64,000 bases of DNA. Origin: Dicyema japonicum (Eukaryota; Animalia; Dicyemida). The stretch spans positions 1,378,360-1,442,359 of the forward strand of contig RDEW01000001.1 in NCBI GenBank assembly GCA_011109175.1, given 5' to 3'. The notes beneath the pieces were generated by a model. That model saw nothing but the letters and a program-made list of their open reading frames with translations. It did no database searches and was not told where the DNA came from. The first letter of the stretch is position 1. Every line of letters begins with the position of its first letter. Positions 1 to 13,188 of the stretch are shown piece by piece. A program made the translations under genes and the position numbers.

Positions 1-197
1 CACATGTGCAACCAAATTAGTAAACAACTTTACAAAAAAGAGTAAAACAAAAGGGGGTCTCGATTTTAACTCCGAAATAAAATATGTAGATAATATAAAA
101 AATCAATTTTAATCAAATTCACAAAAAAATTAAAATAAAATTTATTTTCTTTTACGTTTATTAGCAAGATTTTCAATTTTGTTGGAAATTAATTTTC

Positions 198-3121
198 TCA
201 CCTTTTCTCTGCTTTCCAGGGTTTTCCGCGATGGCTGAGGTTTAATGGGGATCGGCGGAAGGGTGTGGGAGACACATCCGTGAACCTCTGGGAGTCTATG
301 AGGGAAGCAGAAGACCGATCGACAGCGCTTGCAGCAGTTACTGATAACAGTCGTCTTCCTCTCACATCCAGCAAAGTTACAAGTCTCATTGATTTTAAAA
401 ATATCCTCGCACGTGTCAATGCTTTTATTACTGGATTTCTTATTTTTACGTTTATTCGCGATTTTTCAACAACATAATCATCTTGTCCGTTTTCACAATT
501 CGTGTTCTCCACTTCTATCGACTCTAATCTTAGATCCTCAAATCTCAGTGGTCGATTATCACCATAAGGGTGATCAGGAAAAGCACATGCGTTCTCTAAA
601 GTAGGCTCTTTGGTTCTGTTACTTTGCTTTAACTCCGACTTCGTGAAAAGGGTGACATTTTTGTCCCCGCTCTTCGCAGGCTCAGACATTTGGTTTAGGA
701 AGTCGTTCCCCAAAGTAGGATCTTGAGTTATGTTACTCTGCTTAAACTCAGGCTTCGTGAAAATGGTGACTTTTTTGTCTCCGCCCTTCGCAGGCTCAGA
801 CACGTGGCTTAGGCAGTCGTAGTCGTCCAGAATCTGAAGTTAATAAGAGAGCAAACTTTATAAATGATCTTCCTCTTCCATTTAGTTAAAACACCTGGGA
901 ACTCGTATTCGGCCCCCTTTTCGGCGACGGATGATATGATTCGTTCTATACTTTGACGGAAATTTTGGTTGTGGCTCGTTTTCCGTGGTTTTTCTGGAAG
1001 TAAAGGAACGCAGTAATTTTCTAAAATAACTGGAATCAAACGATCGAGGTCAAAATCGTCAGGATAAAAGCAGATGTCCGCGTTTTTACGAATATATTTC
1101 ACCAAGTTTTCGAGAAACGAAATAGATTGTTTACTTAGTGTATAAGAATCCATCACAAGGATTAACAGTCTCCGAGCACGTGTTAATGCCACATTTACCC
1201 TCCTGAAATCCCCCAGGAAGCCCACAGAATCTAGAATGAAGACTGACAATACCGTCTTTGCTAGATCTGACAAATGAAATGATGATCACTTCCTTCTCTC
1301 GCCCCTGAAAGGAGTCCACGGAGCTTATTTCAATCTCTTTCAACGAGATCAGAGTCTTTCTGATCATATCGACCTGTCCCCGGTAGAATGAGATCACTCC
1401 AACGAGGCTCTGATCCACCCCTGAGGATATCAGCCTCGTGACACACTTCGCCACGAGATCAGCCTCCCCAGTGTTACACTTTGATGTCTCCCCTAGGTCA
1501 TCCTCATAGAGCCCATTATTGGAGGTATCAACGACCACAAGTGCTGAAGAGGTAAGATCGGTCTCTTCAACTTGGGGTAAGTCACTAATCATGAGAACAA
1601 GATAACACCATAAAAGATGAGACATCACGGAATCGTCCGCGATCATTTCGCTACCGTAAAACTCGTTCGACGAAAATCCCATGATTTTCTGGTGCATTCT
1701 GTACTGAGTGGTTAGCTTTTGGTAAGTTCGGGATACATTTTACTCAGCCTATCCATCAGAGAAATCCTCAGCTCCTCAGCTCTTACAAATTCCTCAAAAA
1801 ACTACTCTTCTGAAAAAACCGTCGGCGGTAGTTGATTGCAATCACCAGCGAGGATGAATTTCTTGGCCAGAGGCAGGGCAACCCAGGAAAGCGCCTCCAT
1901 AGCCTGCAATCAGTCCCCAGGAAACCTGACTGCTCTCATCTACTACTGCAAGATCAAAGAACTCGTTCCCAAACCCAGAGATCGAAGCCACGCTAGCTAA
2001 CGTGGAGAACACCACTGTAGACTCCTTAATCACATTCCTGACAAGTCTGTTCTCAAAAGTCCGATACTCCCTCAATAACCGACTGTTGGGAGTCTAAAAT
2101 GAGTAAATCACTACCTGGGACATCAGTACTTCATTTCGGAAGTCTTCAAGAGCCTTATAGTCCATAGACTGTTCCAATTGGGAAGAGATTGAGTAATCCA
2201 AGTTGCTTTCCAGGACACGTGATTCATTTCCAAGTCTTACAAATGAGACTCCGAGCTCAAGTTTCTTGAATCGACTGAGGAGGTCGTCCACAGCCACGTT
2301 GGAAGGGGCTGATACCAAAATCTACAATTTGAACAATTTAGCACGTGGGTGAATTTCCGTGATAAAGACTGCCTTAGAATTTCCATTAATGTCGTCGACT
2401 TACCAGTCCCAGGGGGTCCCTGAATAATTGCTAATTTTGGCTGAGAAATTGCAAAACAGACAATTTTTTTCTGAGTTTCATTCAAATTATCATCAAAAAA
2501 ATTCACTAAAAAACACGTGAAAAAAACAGTCAAACTTTGATGTCCATAATCTCTTCCTGCTCATGAAAGACAAAAAGCATGTTTCTGAGAGGAAAATTTG
2601 AGTTCTTTAGCCTTACAAGGGCCCTTCCAATAAAAATTAAGGAACTTTTTCATTATGTCGTAGGTTCCATACTTTTCGGCCTTCACAACATTGTACAGGG
2701 AATCGAAGTCAAAAAGATACTCACGGAAGGGATCACTGTCCAGAATAACAATTCCATCCCTTCTCATCTCCCATACCACACCTTTTATCATCACATGTTT
2801 TAAATCGGTCGACAAGGAGACCGAGACACAATCACCTGAGATTTATTTGACGCGCCAATCTATACCCTTGGATAGTTTGGATGCTGTAAGTTGGAGATCT
2901 GAAGTGAAGGATACAAACATTTTTCCGTTTAAGTGTCGAGAAAGGGAGTCATATTTCAGATTTGAGAGACAGTTTCCTGAAGTTTCTAACTCATTGATTG
3001 AATCTGAAGATCTATTTTTTACTATTTTTTATAACATTTTTTGAGATCTTTCAGCTAATTCTTCGATTTCTAACAATTTGATTTGCTTCTCAACAAAACA
3101 TTCAATGTTAGTTTGGATCAT
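198..3121 (-). CDS. IGHMBP2: DNA-binding protein SMUBP-2 / UPF1-like SF1 helicase with degenerate R3H domain (multi-exon)
   Basis: N-terminus MIQTNIECFVEKQIKLLEIEE resembles SMUBP-2 (FVxKQLxLLELE). Helicase motifs: IIQGPPGTGKST, SAPSNVAVDDL, LAVVDESSQ, SSVDSFQGREKEVIIISFVRS, GFLGDFRRVNVALTRARR. R3H-like region follows. Mini-introns of 23-30 nt. Confidence 0.9.
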
Positions 3122-3222
3122 TTATTAAAAATTTAAAAAAAAATTAATTTATTTTACAAGTATCAAAAATTAATTTCAGAATAACAAAATTAAGTCAAAA
3201 TTTTAATTTCATTAAAAACATA

Positions 3223-3290
3223 TTAGAATCCGGGATAGCCATGTCATGAAGGTTCCACGAATCGCATTGACGAGTGACTCCGTTATCAAG
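3223..3290 (+). mobile_element. internally deleted copy of the SINE family at 61720-61875
   Basis: Shares AATCCGGG, GAAGGTTCCACG and TTGACGAGT..C.CCGT.ATCA blocks, in the same order, with the reverse complement of 61720-61875. Confidence 0.45.
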
Positions 3291-4673
3291 TAACACTTCA
3301 CTGCGGAACCTAGACTCACACGCAACAAAAAATAGAAGTGAAGGACATTCCATGGTTCTCCCTGTGTCCTGGGCAGAACTATAAATTACCTCACAATAGA
3401 TGGCTCATCTGTCAAACTAGGACACGTAGCTAGGTTCCGCAAACAAGTTAGATACATTGCAGACCTGTACAACCGATCAACTGAAAAAATGCAAACCCTT
3501 AATTTCTGAAAGACATCAAATGGCAAAAGGTTCCTGAAGCGTCGGCAGGAATGTTGAAAGAAGCTACCTATTTGATCAACAGCTTAAATAATTATGTACC
3601 AAAGCAAACCTAGATTTTGGACTTGGTTGCCCAATTCTGAAGAGATCAAACTACCAATACTCAAAGCCGAGGACTAAGAATCTTGCTCGTGAATATCGGA
3701 CTAAGAATCTTAGCCTAAAGAGGCATTTCTAGTAAAAGTCCGTAGTCCTTCATACCGAATCCAGCCTATGATTGGCTGGTAACCTAAACTCCAAAAAGTG
3801 CTTTGAATATAAAACCACCAATCAGAATAGTCGATACTGAAATGGATAATCTTGGTTTCTGATATCCTAAGATGACGATCAGTATTCAGCCATGCGAGGA
3901 CAAACATGGGGTTTTCATACTTTAAAAACCTTCATTGGACATGTGGAGATCTAAATTCTCCTATAAAAGTGGACATATTACATAACTATATGCCACCATG
4001 GTGGAAAGCACCAGTATTTATCCGTTTTAGCACAAGATGTGTGGACTGGGTTAAGAATATAGCGTTCATTGCAATAGTCTATACATGGAACATGCTAAAC
4101 TAGCAACAGCAAGCAAACATGTGACAGATCAAATAAAAACTATTCGGAACCTTTGTCAAACTTTTACATTCGAAAAAGAACACCACTTCCATATTCTGTT
4201 AAAATGTCGAGAAAGGGAGAACAATCTTTGAGTAAACAGAGAGAGTTATGCCCTTAAAGTTTTGAAATTATAGGCTGACGATGAAAGAGGAAATGCTATT
4301 TATCTTCGAAAAACAACTAAAGAAAATACTTTGGACTGATCCCAGCGCTCACAGTCTTCATAATGTTGGGACCTTACCCAGAGTGCCATTACTCACTGCA
4401 CCTCCAGTATATGAAGAAATAACTTTTCAGGAGATAAAAATGGCCGTTGGGAAGGGGAACTTTACTAAATTTGTGAGTCCTCTTTGTGTTGGAAATTTGG
4501 TTAGGAAACAGAAGGCCTTAAAGTCACTTCTATAATCCCGAGAGTTACGACTCGAAGTGTGAACTTGACCGCATGAATTATTAAAAAAATTAAAAATAAT
4601 ATTAATTAATTTAATAATTAATATTTAAAAAATTGTTGCCTGGTGTGCTTTTTGTTCTATTTATAATAGTCTA

Positions 4674-5048
4674 ATGGATATTTTTTTAAAAGATATAAGA
4701 ATTAAAACCGGTTCTGTCAAAAGACTAGGAAATGACTATTCATATTACATGGGGGAAACTGAAAGAAGTAAAAGAAAATTGGAGGAAATCTTGAACAATG
4801 GGGACCAATCTACTCATGAGCACAATGTATTCTGAATATCCGAATTTATAGAAACAACTAGTTGAGGAAAATGAAAAAATGGTAACTATTTCTCGAAAGA
4901 TATTCAAAAATGCCTATGATGATTTGAATGAAATTTTGGTCTTCTAACCATTTACTTTTAGGCCAGAGAAGGGAATTTCAAAGAAACCAAGGAATATCAG
5001 GATGCTACTGCAATGTTGGATAAAATGATGTGCCTATATTCTAGTTAA
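4674..5048 (+). CDS. TBCA: tubulin-specific chaperone A (3 exons)
   Basis: Removing 25-nt and 23-nt GT-AG introns gives MDIFLKDIRIKTGSVKRLGNDYSYYMGE...KETKEYQDATAMLDKMMCLYSS*, matching the TBCA pattern IKIKTGVVKRL...EEYKEA. Absent from the ORF track. Confidence 0.85.
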
Positions 5049-5229
5049 TTTGACAGTTTTGGGTCATTCTTATGTTTTTCCTTTTTATTACTTTTTAATA
5101 TTTAAATCGATCATTTAATGTTAGGTAGTTTATTGGGTACGAATCATGATGCCAGTGGTCTTCTGTATGTCGCTTAGTAGGAGGTTCTTCCTTCGCTTAA
5201 TTACCGTAGCGTCATATCATTTGCCTCTC

Positions 5230-6600
5230 TCAGATTCCACCCAGTGCCAGGGTGAAATTAAAACGGGCCATTTGTTTCTTCCCCTACTTGACTGGATCAT
5301 TTAACGGGATCCTATAACTGCGGTTCTAATGGACTTGTATTTCTGCGGCAAGGGTAACAGGATTTGTTTAGCACATGAAAGTTTGCGTAAAATCACTCTT
5401 ACAATTTTATACCAACAATGTGAGCTCTGTATCCAGAAAGAGAGATCCGGATAATCTGCCAAAGGGGAGTCTTTTACAATTCTATACAAACAGGTGACAT
5501 CGATCGTTGCGTCCTGACTGCATTTGTAACCCGTAAAGGTTTTATGTTGACTCGAGTATGAAATATGGACATAAGTAGAAAGCACTGCCTGGGCATGTCG
5601 GGTAGCTTAGTCAACTATATGGCTTTTTAACTGTTGTCTGAAAAAAATTCGAATAATTTGATAAGCCCGGAACCGCAGGAAAGAAGATAAGAGTTATCAT
5701 CTAATTAAGTGATCCACGAGTCCATACCAAGCTTCCTCTTGTAGTTCTCTTAAAAGCCTGTATTAATCCTCACAAAGAGGTGGCCTCTTCTTGTATCTTG
5801 GGCAGGGTTCCGACTAAAGTTTCGCTGGTGTTCGTGAGATAATTGCTGCGACCGAAAGCTTTTTTCCGTAGTTGGAACCTGTTTCGAGAATCTCAATAAT
5901 ATTCTAAGGCATCCAATTTGTTCACTTCCAGTTTGCTCTGCCACGATAGCGAGATGGGGGCAACCTATGTGAACAAGCGTACTCGATGCTCGGTAAAACT
6001 AGTTGTACGTATAGAAGCCCCAGGGATGGCGATACAGGAGAGTGTGAAAAAACCTTAAGAATTCCCAGAATGAAAAAAATGGGTCAAATGTGACACCTAA
6101 AATTTTAGGAGATTCTTCAAGAACTAAAGACCGACCAGATTTAAATTCTATTATACGGATCATATTTCTCCTCAGGTCTTCGAGTTCCACGTGTTTATTT
6201 CTCTCCCAGCTTTCAAACCATCCTTGAAAACCATAGATCAGGAAAGGTTCTATACACGCAGAGTATACGTATAGAAATGTTTCCGGTTTCAACCGAAATC
6301 GTATAAGGCTTTTAGCATTGCGGTAGCTTTTTTCTTTCTGTCGATTATATGAGTCTTAAAAGATCCATCCATAACGAGATATTTCCGCTGATTTTATTAG
6401 TCCAGTGTTAACACAAGGAGCAGTTTTCTTCGGTTCTTGCCAATCCAGGAAACTGTTTTTTTTCAAAAGGACCTTATCTTGACACCACCTTTCAACTTTA
6501 TCAATGCGACCAAGAATTCTTTTCCATGGATTGATTTGCTCATAGAGAGATCTAGAAGTAAAATATCATCTGCGTAAATGATCATCTCCATATTAGAGTG
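5230..6600 (-). mobile_element. decayed non-LTR retrotransposon fragments
   Basis: RT C-terminal-like peptide YSACIEPFLIYGFQGW. Segment 5680-5750 is a reverse-complement homologue of about 31795-31860. Confidence 0.45.
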
Positions 6601-6623
6601 ATCCACTTTTGGAATGTCTCACA

Positions 6624-9420
6624 TCACACAATAACACATTTGTCAGCATAGGCATGTGCAGCAAAAAATATAAGAAAAAGAGTTAGCTTGCTCCAAGCTC
6701 TTCTGTTCTTAGCCAGATCCCTCAGTGTGTCCAAGTCGTCACCAGATGCCAATGTTTTCTTCACGGCTTTCAGATCGTTTTGTGGAACGACCAGGAGGGT
6801 TGTTTTCGGTCTTCTACGAAATTGTTTTACATTGGAGAAGTAGCAATCTTCCATAGCGATATTTGGGGAGGATGTCGAATCCAACCTCAGGACGTGTCCA
6901 AGTAGTCTTCAACGAGAGCCTATGATCTCGAGACTTATTGGTTTACATTCACACATTTTGTACAGTCCTTTCCGAGATCTTGGATGGCCAGGACATCCGA
7001 GTTATGTTTCTTAGATGATTCTTGTGAAACGAGTCTAGCCTCTCCAATTCCTCTTTTGAGGTGCCCAGGTCCCAAGTTGTATAGGAGGATTGGTTTGATA
7101 AAGGTGTCGAATAACATTGTCCTTTGTTTTATGTTATTCCCTTTCCGTTTTAGCCATAGGTTTTTTAGCCTGTGTAATGCCGCGTTTGCCATGGTTTTTT
7201 CCGTATGATGTCTTCACTTCTCCTAATAGGAGAGCCAAGTTTCTTTGAGTGTCTCCATTTCTCTTCGAGTGAGTTATTCATTCGTCTTATTTCTGTCCGT
7301 TCTGTTTTTTCCCTGTTCACGGTGAGAAACCATTTCCCAAGTATATCTGGTGCTTTTTCAGTACATGCTCCAGGAGTTCTTTGTCTTCAGAGACTAGGTC
7401 GACATCATCAGCATAAATCACTTCTTCTATTTTTCCTTGGTGTAATGGTCTCAGTTCCCTCATAGCGGACTCCAAGTATATTGTGAATTGTAGCGGAGAC
7501 AGGGAGTCTCCTTGAGGAGTGCCTGTGTTTGTTTCAAATTTTTTTGAGTAGGTTTTTCCAACTTTCACAAGGGGCTCTGTGTTAGATAGAAGGATTTGGA
7601 TCATTCTTAGACTCGATTCGTCAATAAACCCTTCCAGCACTGTCATCAATTCGTTCCTGTTAACCGAGTCAAAGGCTTTTGAGAGATCTACTCCCAGAAT
7701 GTAGGTGGCATTGCAATATCTTTTATGTGTTGCACATCTCCATCTGTGACTCCAGAATGCATCAGCTGTTGATCTTCCTTCTCTGAACTCACTTTGACTT
7801 TCGGGTAGGTAGTCTAGGCGGGTCCTTTATTCGTTCCAATACAATGTTAGCTAAGACTTTTTGTAGAGAATTTGATAATATAATAATCGTAAGTTTTCAA
7901 CAGGTCCTTTGGGTTTTTTGGGTTTTTGTATTAGTAATCCCGTTCCCAGGGTAAGTTGAGTTAATAGAAAACATTTCATTTAGTAGTTAGCGATTTTTTT
8001 CAAAAAGGGGGTCAGGCCGTATTTTAATTCTGGGTTTATCGTATCTGTCCGGGCTTCTGTTATTTTTAGTTTGACACGCTGTTTTTATTTCCAAAATTGT
8101 AATTGGTCTTTCAAGGGTCTAGGCTTTCCTTTGAATGAGGATTGCTGTAGTCACATTGAAAAGTTTATCAAAATGTGTTGCAATTACCTCCGCTTGCTCT
8201 TCAGTATTAAGTAATGTCTTGCCATTTTTGTCTTTGATGATTATTCGTTCCTTCCAATTTGTGTGGCGTAGTAAACGAGCGGCCATATACATTTGTGAAT
8301 TATCTTTTAGTTTGGATACTTTATTGATTTTGCGAAGCAGTTCTTCTTGGTGGAGTGTCTTGTTCAGTCTCCTGAGTTTTACGGATTTGGTCCCTCTGCC
8401 CCTGAAAGGCTTTTCTCTTGTTATAGTCTTTTTCGTTTAGTTTTTTTTTGGATTTCTTTTGAACTCCTTTGCTAGTTCTGTATGTATCGTCCGACCCAAA
8501 CTGGTCATTACCCGCGTGCCGAGGTACTGGCTTGCTGCTTCGTTCATTATATTCTTTGTGCGATCCCACGAAATTCTACTGTTAGGTCCTTCAGATGGGC
8601 GCAGATGTATTTTCGGTAATTTTTGACTGTATCTGGATGAGAGATCAGTTTTTCTGTGCGTATCCATTTTTTATATTTTCAATATTATTGTTTGTAATGT
8701 TGTTATGTTTCTTATGTTTAATACCATGTTTCGCCAGGCTGAAGGTGACAATAATTATTCTGTGATCACTGACAGTTGTTGAACCTTCGTATGAGCGTGT
8801 GTTTATAAACGAGCGTTTGTCAGTGATCCGGCATATAATATAATCAATTTGGTTGTACATAGGGACTAGTTTTCCATTTGGGTTTTTTCGTTCGCCCATC
8901 CAGGTGGTTATGTGGCATGCACGATGAGGGAATGCGGTGTTGCACAAGAACAATTTGTTTGCCGTGCAGAAATGGCCAAGTATGGTCCCAGGCAAGTGTC
9001 TTTTCCCACGTCCGTGTCTTCCCATGAAGGTATCTTCTGAGTTTTTTTGTTCCAATTTTCGAATTTAGATCGCCAGCAATGAATAAGTGAGGACGACTCA
9101 TATTCATTATACGTCTTTGTTAATGCTGAGTAGAATTCATCCAATTCGGTCGAGTTTTTTGCCACTCTTCCACAGTGTGGTGCATATACATTTATAATTA
9201 GTGTATTTTTAGGGGAACATTGGTTGTTCAGACGGATCTGTGTCCTGTCATTCACCCGCCAAATGCGACTGATGTCAATTGATCGTTTTCTGTGAATGGC
9301 GAATCCATGACCATAGTGCTTTGAATCACTGGGTAGGCATATTAGTCGATGTTTTCTATGGTTTTCATCGAGATAGTACGTAATTTTCGTCTCTTGTCTA
9401 CAGCCAATAAAAACGTTATA
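6624..9420 (-). mobile_element. near full-length but frameshifted RTE-type LINE (APE + RT)
   Basis: Fragmented ORFs carry INVYAPH, IAGDLNSK, NQIDYI, SDH, GTPQGDSLSPLQF and YADDVDL, colinear with the intact element at 13233-16202. Confidence 0.9.
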
Positions 9421-9607
9421 TAGTTATAAATGTATATGCACCACTGTGGAAGAGTGGCAAAAAACTCGACCGAATTGGATGAATTCTACTCAGCATTAAC
9501 AAAGACGTATAATGAATATGAGTCGAAATCACTTATTTTCATTGCTGGCGATCTAAATTCGAAAATTGGAACAAAAAAACTCAGAAGATACCTTTCATGG
9601 GAAGACA
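9421..9607 (+). repeat. inverted duplicate of LINE segment 9015-9200
   Basis: About 185 bp reverse-complement match with only a few substitutions and indels. Confidence 0.9.
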
Positions 9608-9806
9608 GGTCATCACAGAGAGATTCTTGACTGAGGGTTAGATTTTTTTCTAGCATTGAACGTAGAAGCTTTAAGGCAAGCATATTTTTTGTATCTTTGC
9701 TTTTAAGACATTTTTTCCTTAACCGTTTGAACAGAGAAGAACGAGGCACGTCACCAGGCACGTCACCAAAAATGGAATTTATGGAATTTAATATCAATAA
9801 AAACAT
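9608..9806 (-). CDS. short orphan ORF, possibly a truncated host gene
   Basis: ATG next to an AT-rich block, hydrophobic start and basic stretch. The reading frame runs into the inverted LINE piece. No homology recognised. Confidence 0.25.
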
Positions 9807-9925
9807 ATTTAATTGCTAAACATAAAAATGATAAAATTTCATCAAAAACAGAAATTAAATGTAATATTTTGTTTATTTTTAAATAAATAATTTTTATAAA
9901 TTATATTAAATTTGAACTTCAACTT

Positions 9926-11596
9926 ATGTGCACCTTAATGATAAACCAGGAGTATTTTGACTGCATATTTTATGGAACAGGTAAAGGACATTATCATTGT
10001 CACAGGCTTATTTGAAACAATTTTGGCATCAGCTCTACAGCGAGTCGGCCTTTCAGTACTTTTAGTCGACAGGTATTGTGTAAAATATATGAAGAAATAT
10101 GTTCTATGGTAGTCATGGGCTACTCTCTCGCACAGAGAATTTACTTCTTTTATGGATTCGGTGGATTTTTTATTTATTTAGAAATTTGAAAAGCAGACTT
10201 CCAAGACCGCCAAAATGGGATCAACCTGACATTCTCTCGAAATATCTCTATTAAAAATTACAAGAGGTACTTTAATCATACCATTAAGTTGCGGGACCGG
10301 AATTAATTTACGGGGCTTTCAACTCGATCTATTTCCCTATGTTGGTGGTTTACTATAATTTAGCTGACTCCTTCTTCCGGCCTATTTATTGATAAAATAC
10401 TGAGCACTGGCATCCACAAATACCTTTCCTTTCAACTCTTTAACAGAATTTTAATCAGAGATTACGATTATCAGCTGATTTCAGTTTCACTTGTATCTCA
10501 AAGTAGGCCCCCTGTAGTCGGTCGGAGTTATTTTCAACCAAATATTTCACCAATGTAGAGAATATAGTTTAAATAAATTCTTCAACACGTGCACAGGCCT
10601 TGTATCCTCTCCTGATGAGGGCTATTTTGTTGATTTTATGAAAAATCATGGCCTCTCCCCAAACTAGTTGATTATATCTGCTCAGTCATTTGCCTAAAAG
10701 GCAGGAAAGCGAGTATGAAAGAAGTTGTTGTTTTAACTAAAAGGGACTTGACACATTGGCTGACTTTGTTAAGTCTGCAGGAATATACGGAAGGTCCCCC
10801 TACCTGTGGACACTCTATGGTTGTGGAGATATCGTCCAGGCCTTTTCACGGTTTTATTAATTATTATTTAGTCATGGAGCCATTTATGGTCTACCTGCTG
10901 TCTGAATATGGGGGTGGATGAACTGATTGAGAACGGAAGGTACTATTATCGGTAATTTAGCTCTTCAAAGGTGAGATTGTCGAATGGTGAAGAGATTTCT
11001 TGCAGGTATTCGCTGTCTTAAGTAGATATGTGTTCATAAATGACTCTTACTTGGCTTCTTCGTTGAGTATTGAGAGTTGTTCAGAGATCCTGCATAGGAC
11101 AATTTATTCACGAATAAATCAGTGATGCAAGATGATGAAAATGTAGTTTTGGGGTTATTGTGGAGATGTCTGTTTTTCATGAGTTTGTAGGTGACTGTAC
11201 TGTGACCATGTTTGAGATGTCATTTAATAGTGGGGTCTGCCTAAGGGATATTGTAGTAATTCATGTTGTATTTTAGTTGTGGTGCACTTTATTGCTTATG
11301 GTGGGCCAACCGATGAGCTTGAAGGTACTGTTTCTTCCAGGATTGATTTATTGTATAAGAAAGAGGGGAGTTCTTTAGAAGAAGCAATCTTATGGAGGGT
11401 GGACTTTCAAATGGCTTGTGGGGATTTTGAGGAAATGGTAGAATTACCCCCGAATGTATTTGTTTGTAAGGGACCATCCATTCATCGAAATGCTCATAAT
11501 GTAATGGAAGATGTTCAGAGGGTATTTAAATCCATTTGTCCTAACGATGTCTTCCTGGATGGTGTTAAAATTGAAGAAACTGAAGATTTTATTTAA
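9926..11596 (+). CDS. CHM: Rab escort protein (Rab GGTase component A, GDI/REP family), multi-exon
   Basis: Spliced N-terminus FDCIFYGTGLFETILASALQRVGLSVLLVDR; FYGSH(W)AT (REP: YYGGNWAS); RGFQLDLFP; REP-like C-terminus VFKSICPNDVFL. One apparent 1-nt deletion near 10117. Confidence 0.8.
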
Positions 11597-13188
11597 TTTA
11601 TTTGGCTTTGATTATAAAATATTTAATTATTTTTTCATTTTGTTTATTTTTTAACAATAAAATTTTTTTTAATAGTAAATTTGTGTGCCTCCTTTGTATG
11701 TTTTGTAGCATTGGGAAATTTTTTCTACATCTATGTCAAAATTGGTAAAAATAATATTTTTGATATCTGTGTTTGGTGGAGTATCGGCGAATATTGAGCA
11801 GGCTATCAGAGGTTACTTTCTTCATGGGTTTTTGAGAAGTCCGAAGAACTCCAGAGTTCCTTGTAAATGGAGGGAGACTATTCTAGCAAAAATGGAATAA
11901 AGGAAAAGTCGAACTTGAGGCGCTAAGTGGGCATATTTTAAAAGTGACTGGCTGAGTCAAGGGCAAGGCTCCACTTTGGTGCGTACTACCCTCCACTAGC
12001 ACCGGCTGTTAAGTGGGATCTCAGTGAGTTGAGAGAAGCCAAAGTTGAGGTAGAGGAGTTCACTGCGGGATATAAGAAAAATAGGTACCCAGCGAGATGC
12101 TGAGATGTTTTACACCTGGGGGACTGTGAGAAACATCGAACCCGAAAAGGGTCTTGTGGAGTGTTCGACTTTTGAAAAAAGTTTGGTTACACAGTAATTA
12201 CCTTTCTGACTGGAAAAACCTGAGGTCCACAAAATTTACAATTTTTTATCAAGAACAGTCCCTCAATATCATTTAGTTCCGAGAGGACCTGACCACCATT
12301 CAATAATCCGCACTCTGGAGACTATTTTAACAATGCACGAAAGGAAAAAATATAGGGCAGTGCTTCCCAACCTGGGTTCCGCGTAGTTCAAAAATTTTTT
12401 TTTATTTTTTTCAAAAGAATAATTTTTCAAAATGAAATAATTTAATTTGCGCGTGTCTAAATGGAGTCTTGTGACAGTGCATATCTTAAAGTTCGATCGT
12501 ATCGAGAAAGGTATATTGCCTTTGGTTTCACATGGACTGGGGACATGGATTGCCCTCTACCACTTTGTGTTGTTAGCGGTGAAAAACTTGCGAATAGTTC
12601 TAAGAAACTTAGACATCATTTCTTAACCAAGCACCCGGAACTTTCAAAGAAAAAAATAATAATTTATACGGAAATTGGACCAGAATAAAGATCAAGCATC
12701 CCGTTTTACAGAAAATTCAAAATAAATGAAAAAGAACTGCATGAAAATATGAAATCACATACTATCGCCGAAACTGTTACTTTGCCTGCAAACAAAGAAA
12801 TAATGTTCTGAGAAATTGCTGGCGCTGAGCTCGACTTAATTCCAATTTATAATAATTCTGTGAGCAGACGCATCAACGATATGTCTGATGACATTAAACC
12901 AATTTGGTTAGGCGAATAAAAAAATCTGTGTTTTTGCGCTTCAAGAGGATGAAAGCTCAGATATTACAGAAAGAATGCAACTCCTTGTTTTCGTTCGACA
13001 TATGAACGATGAATCCATTGTTGAAGATTTTCTTCGCTGCAAGGAGTTGCTCGAAGCAACAAATAGGTATGACATTTTCAATCTTATCAATTCATATTTT
13101 GAGGATATAAAGTCGAATTGTAATGTATGTGTGGGTATCTGCACTGATGGTGCTCCAGCAATGACTGGGCAATTTAAAGGCTTTGTTT

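Noticed and set aside
9926-11596. Rab GDI rather than REP
   Set aside because: The YGSH(W)A motif and the C-terminal FxxICPxDxFL pattern fit REP better; GDI has YGGESAS.
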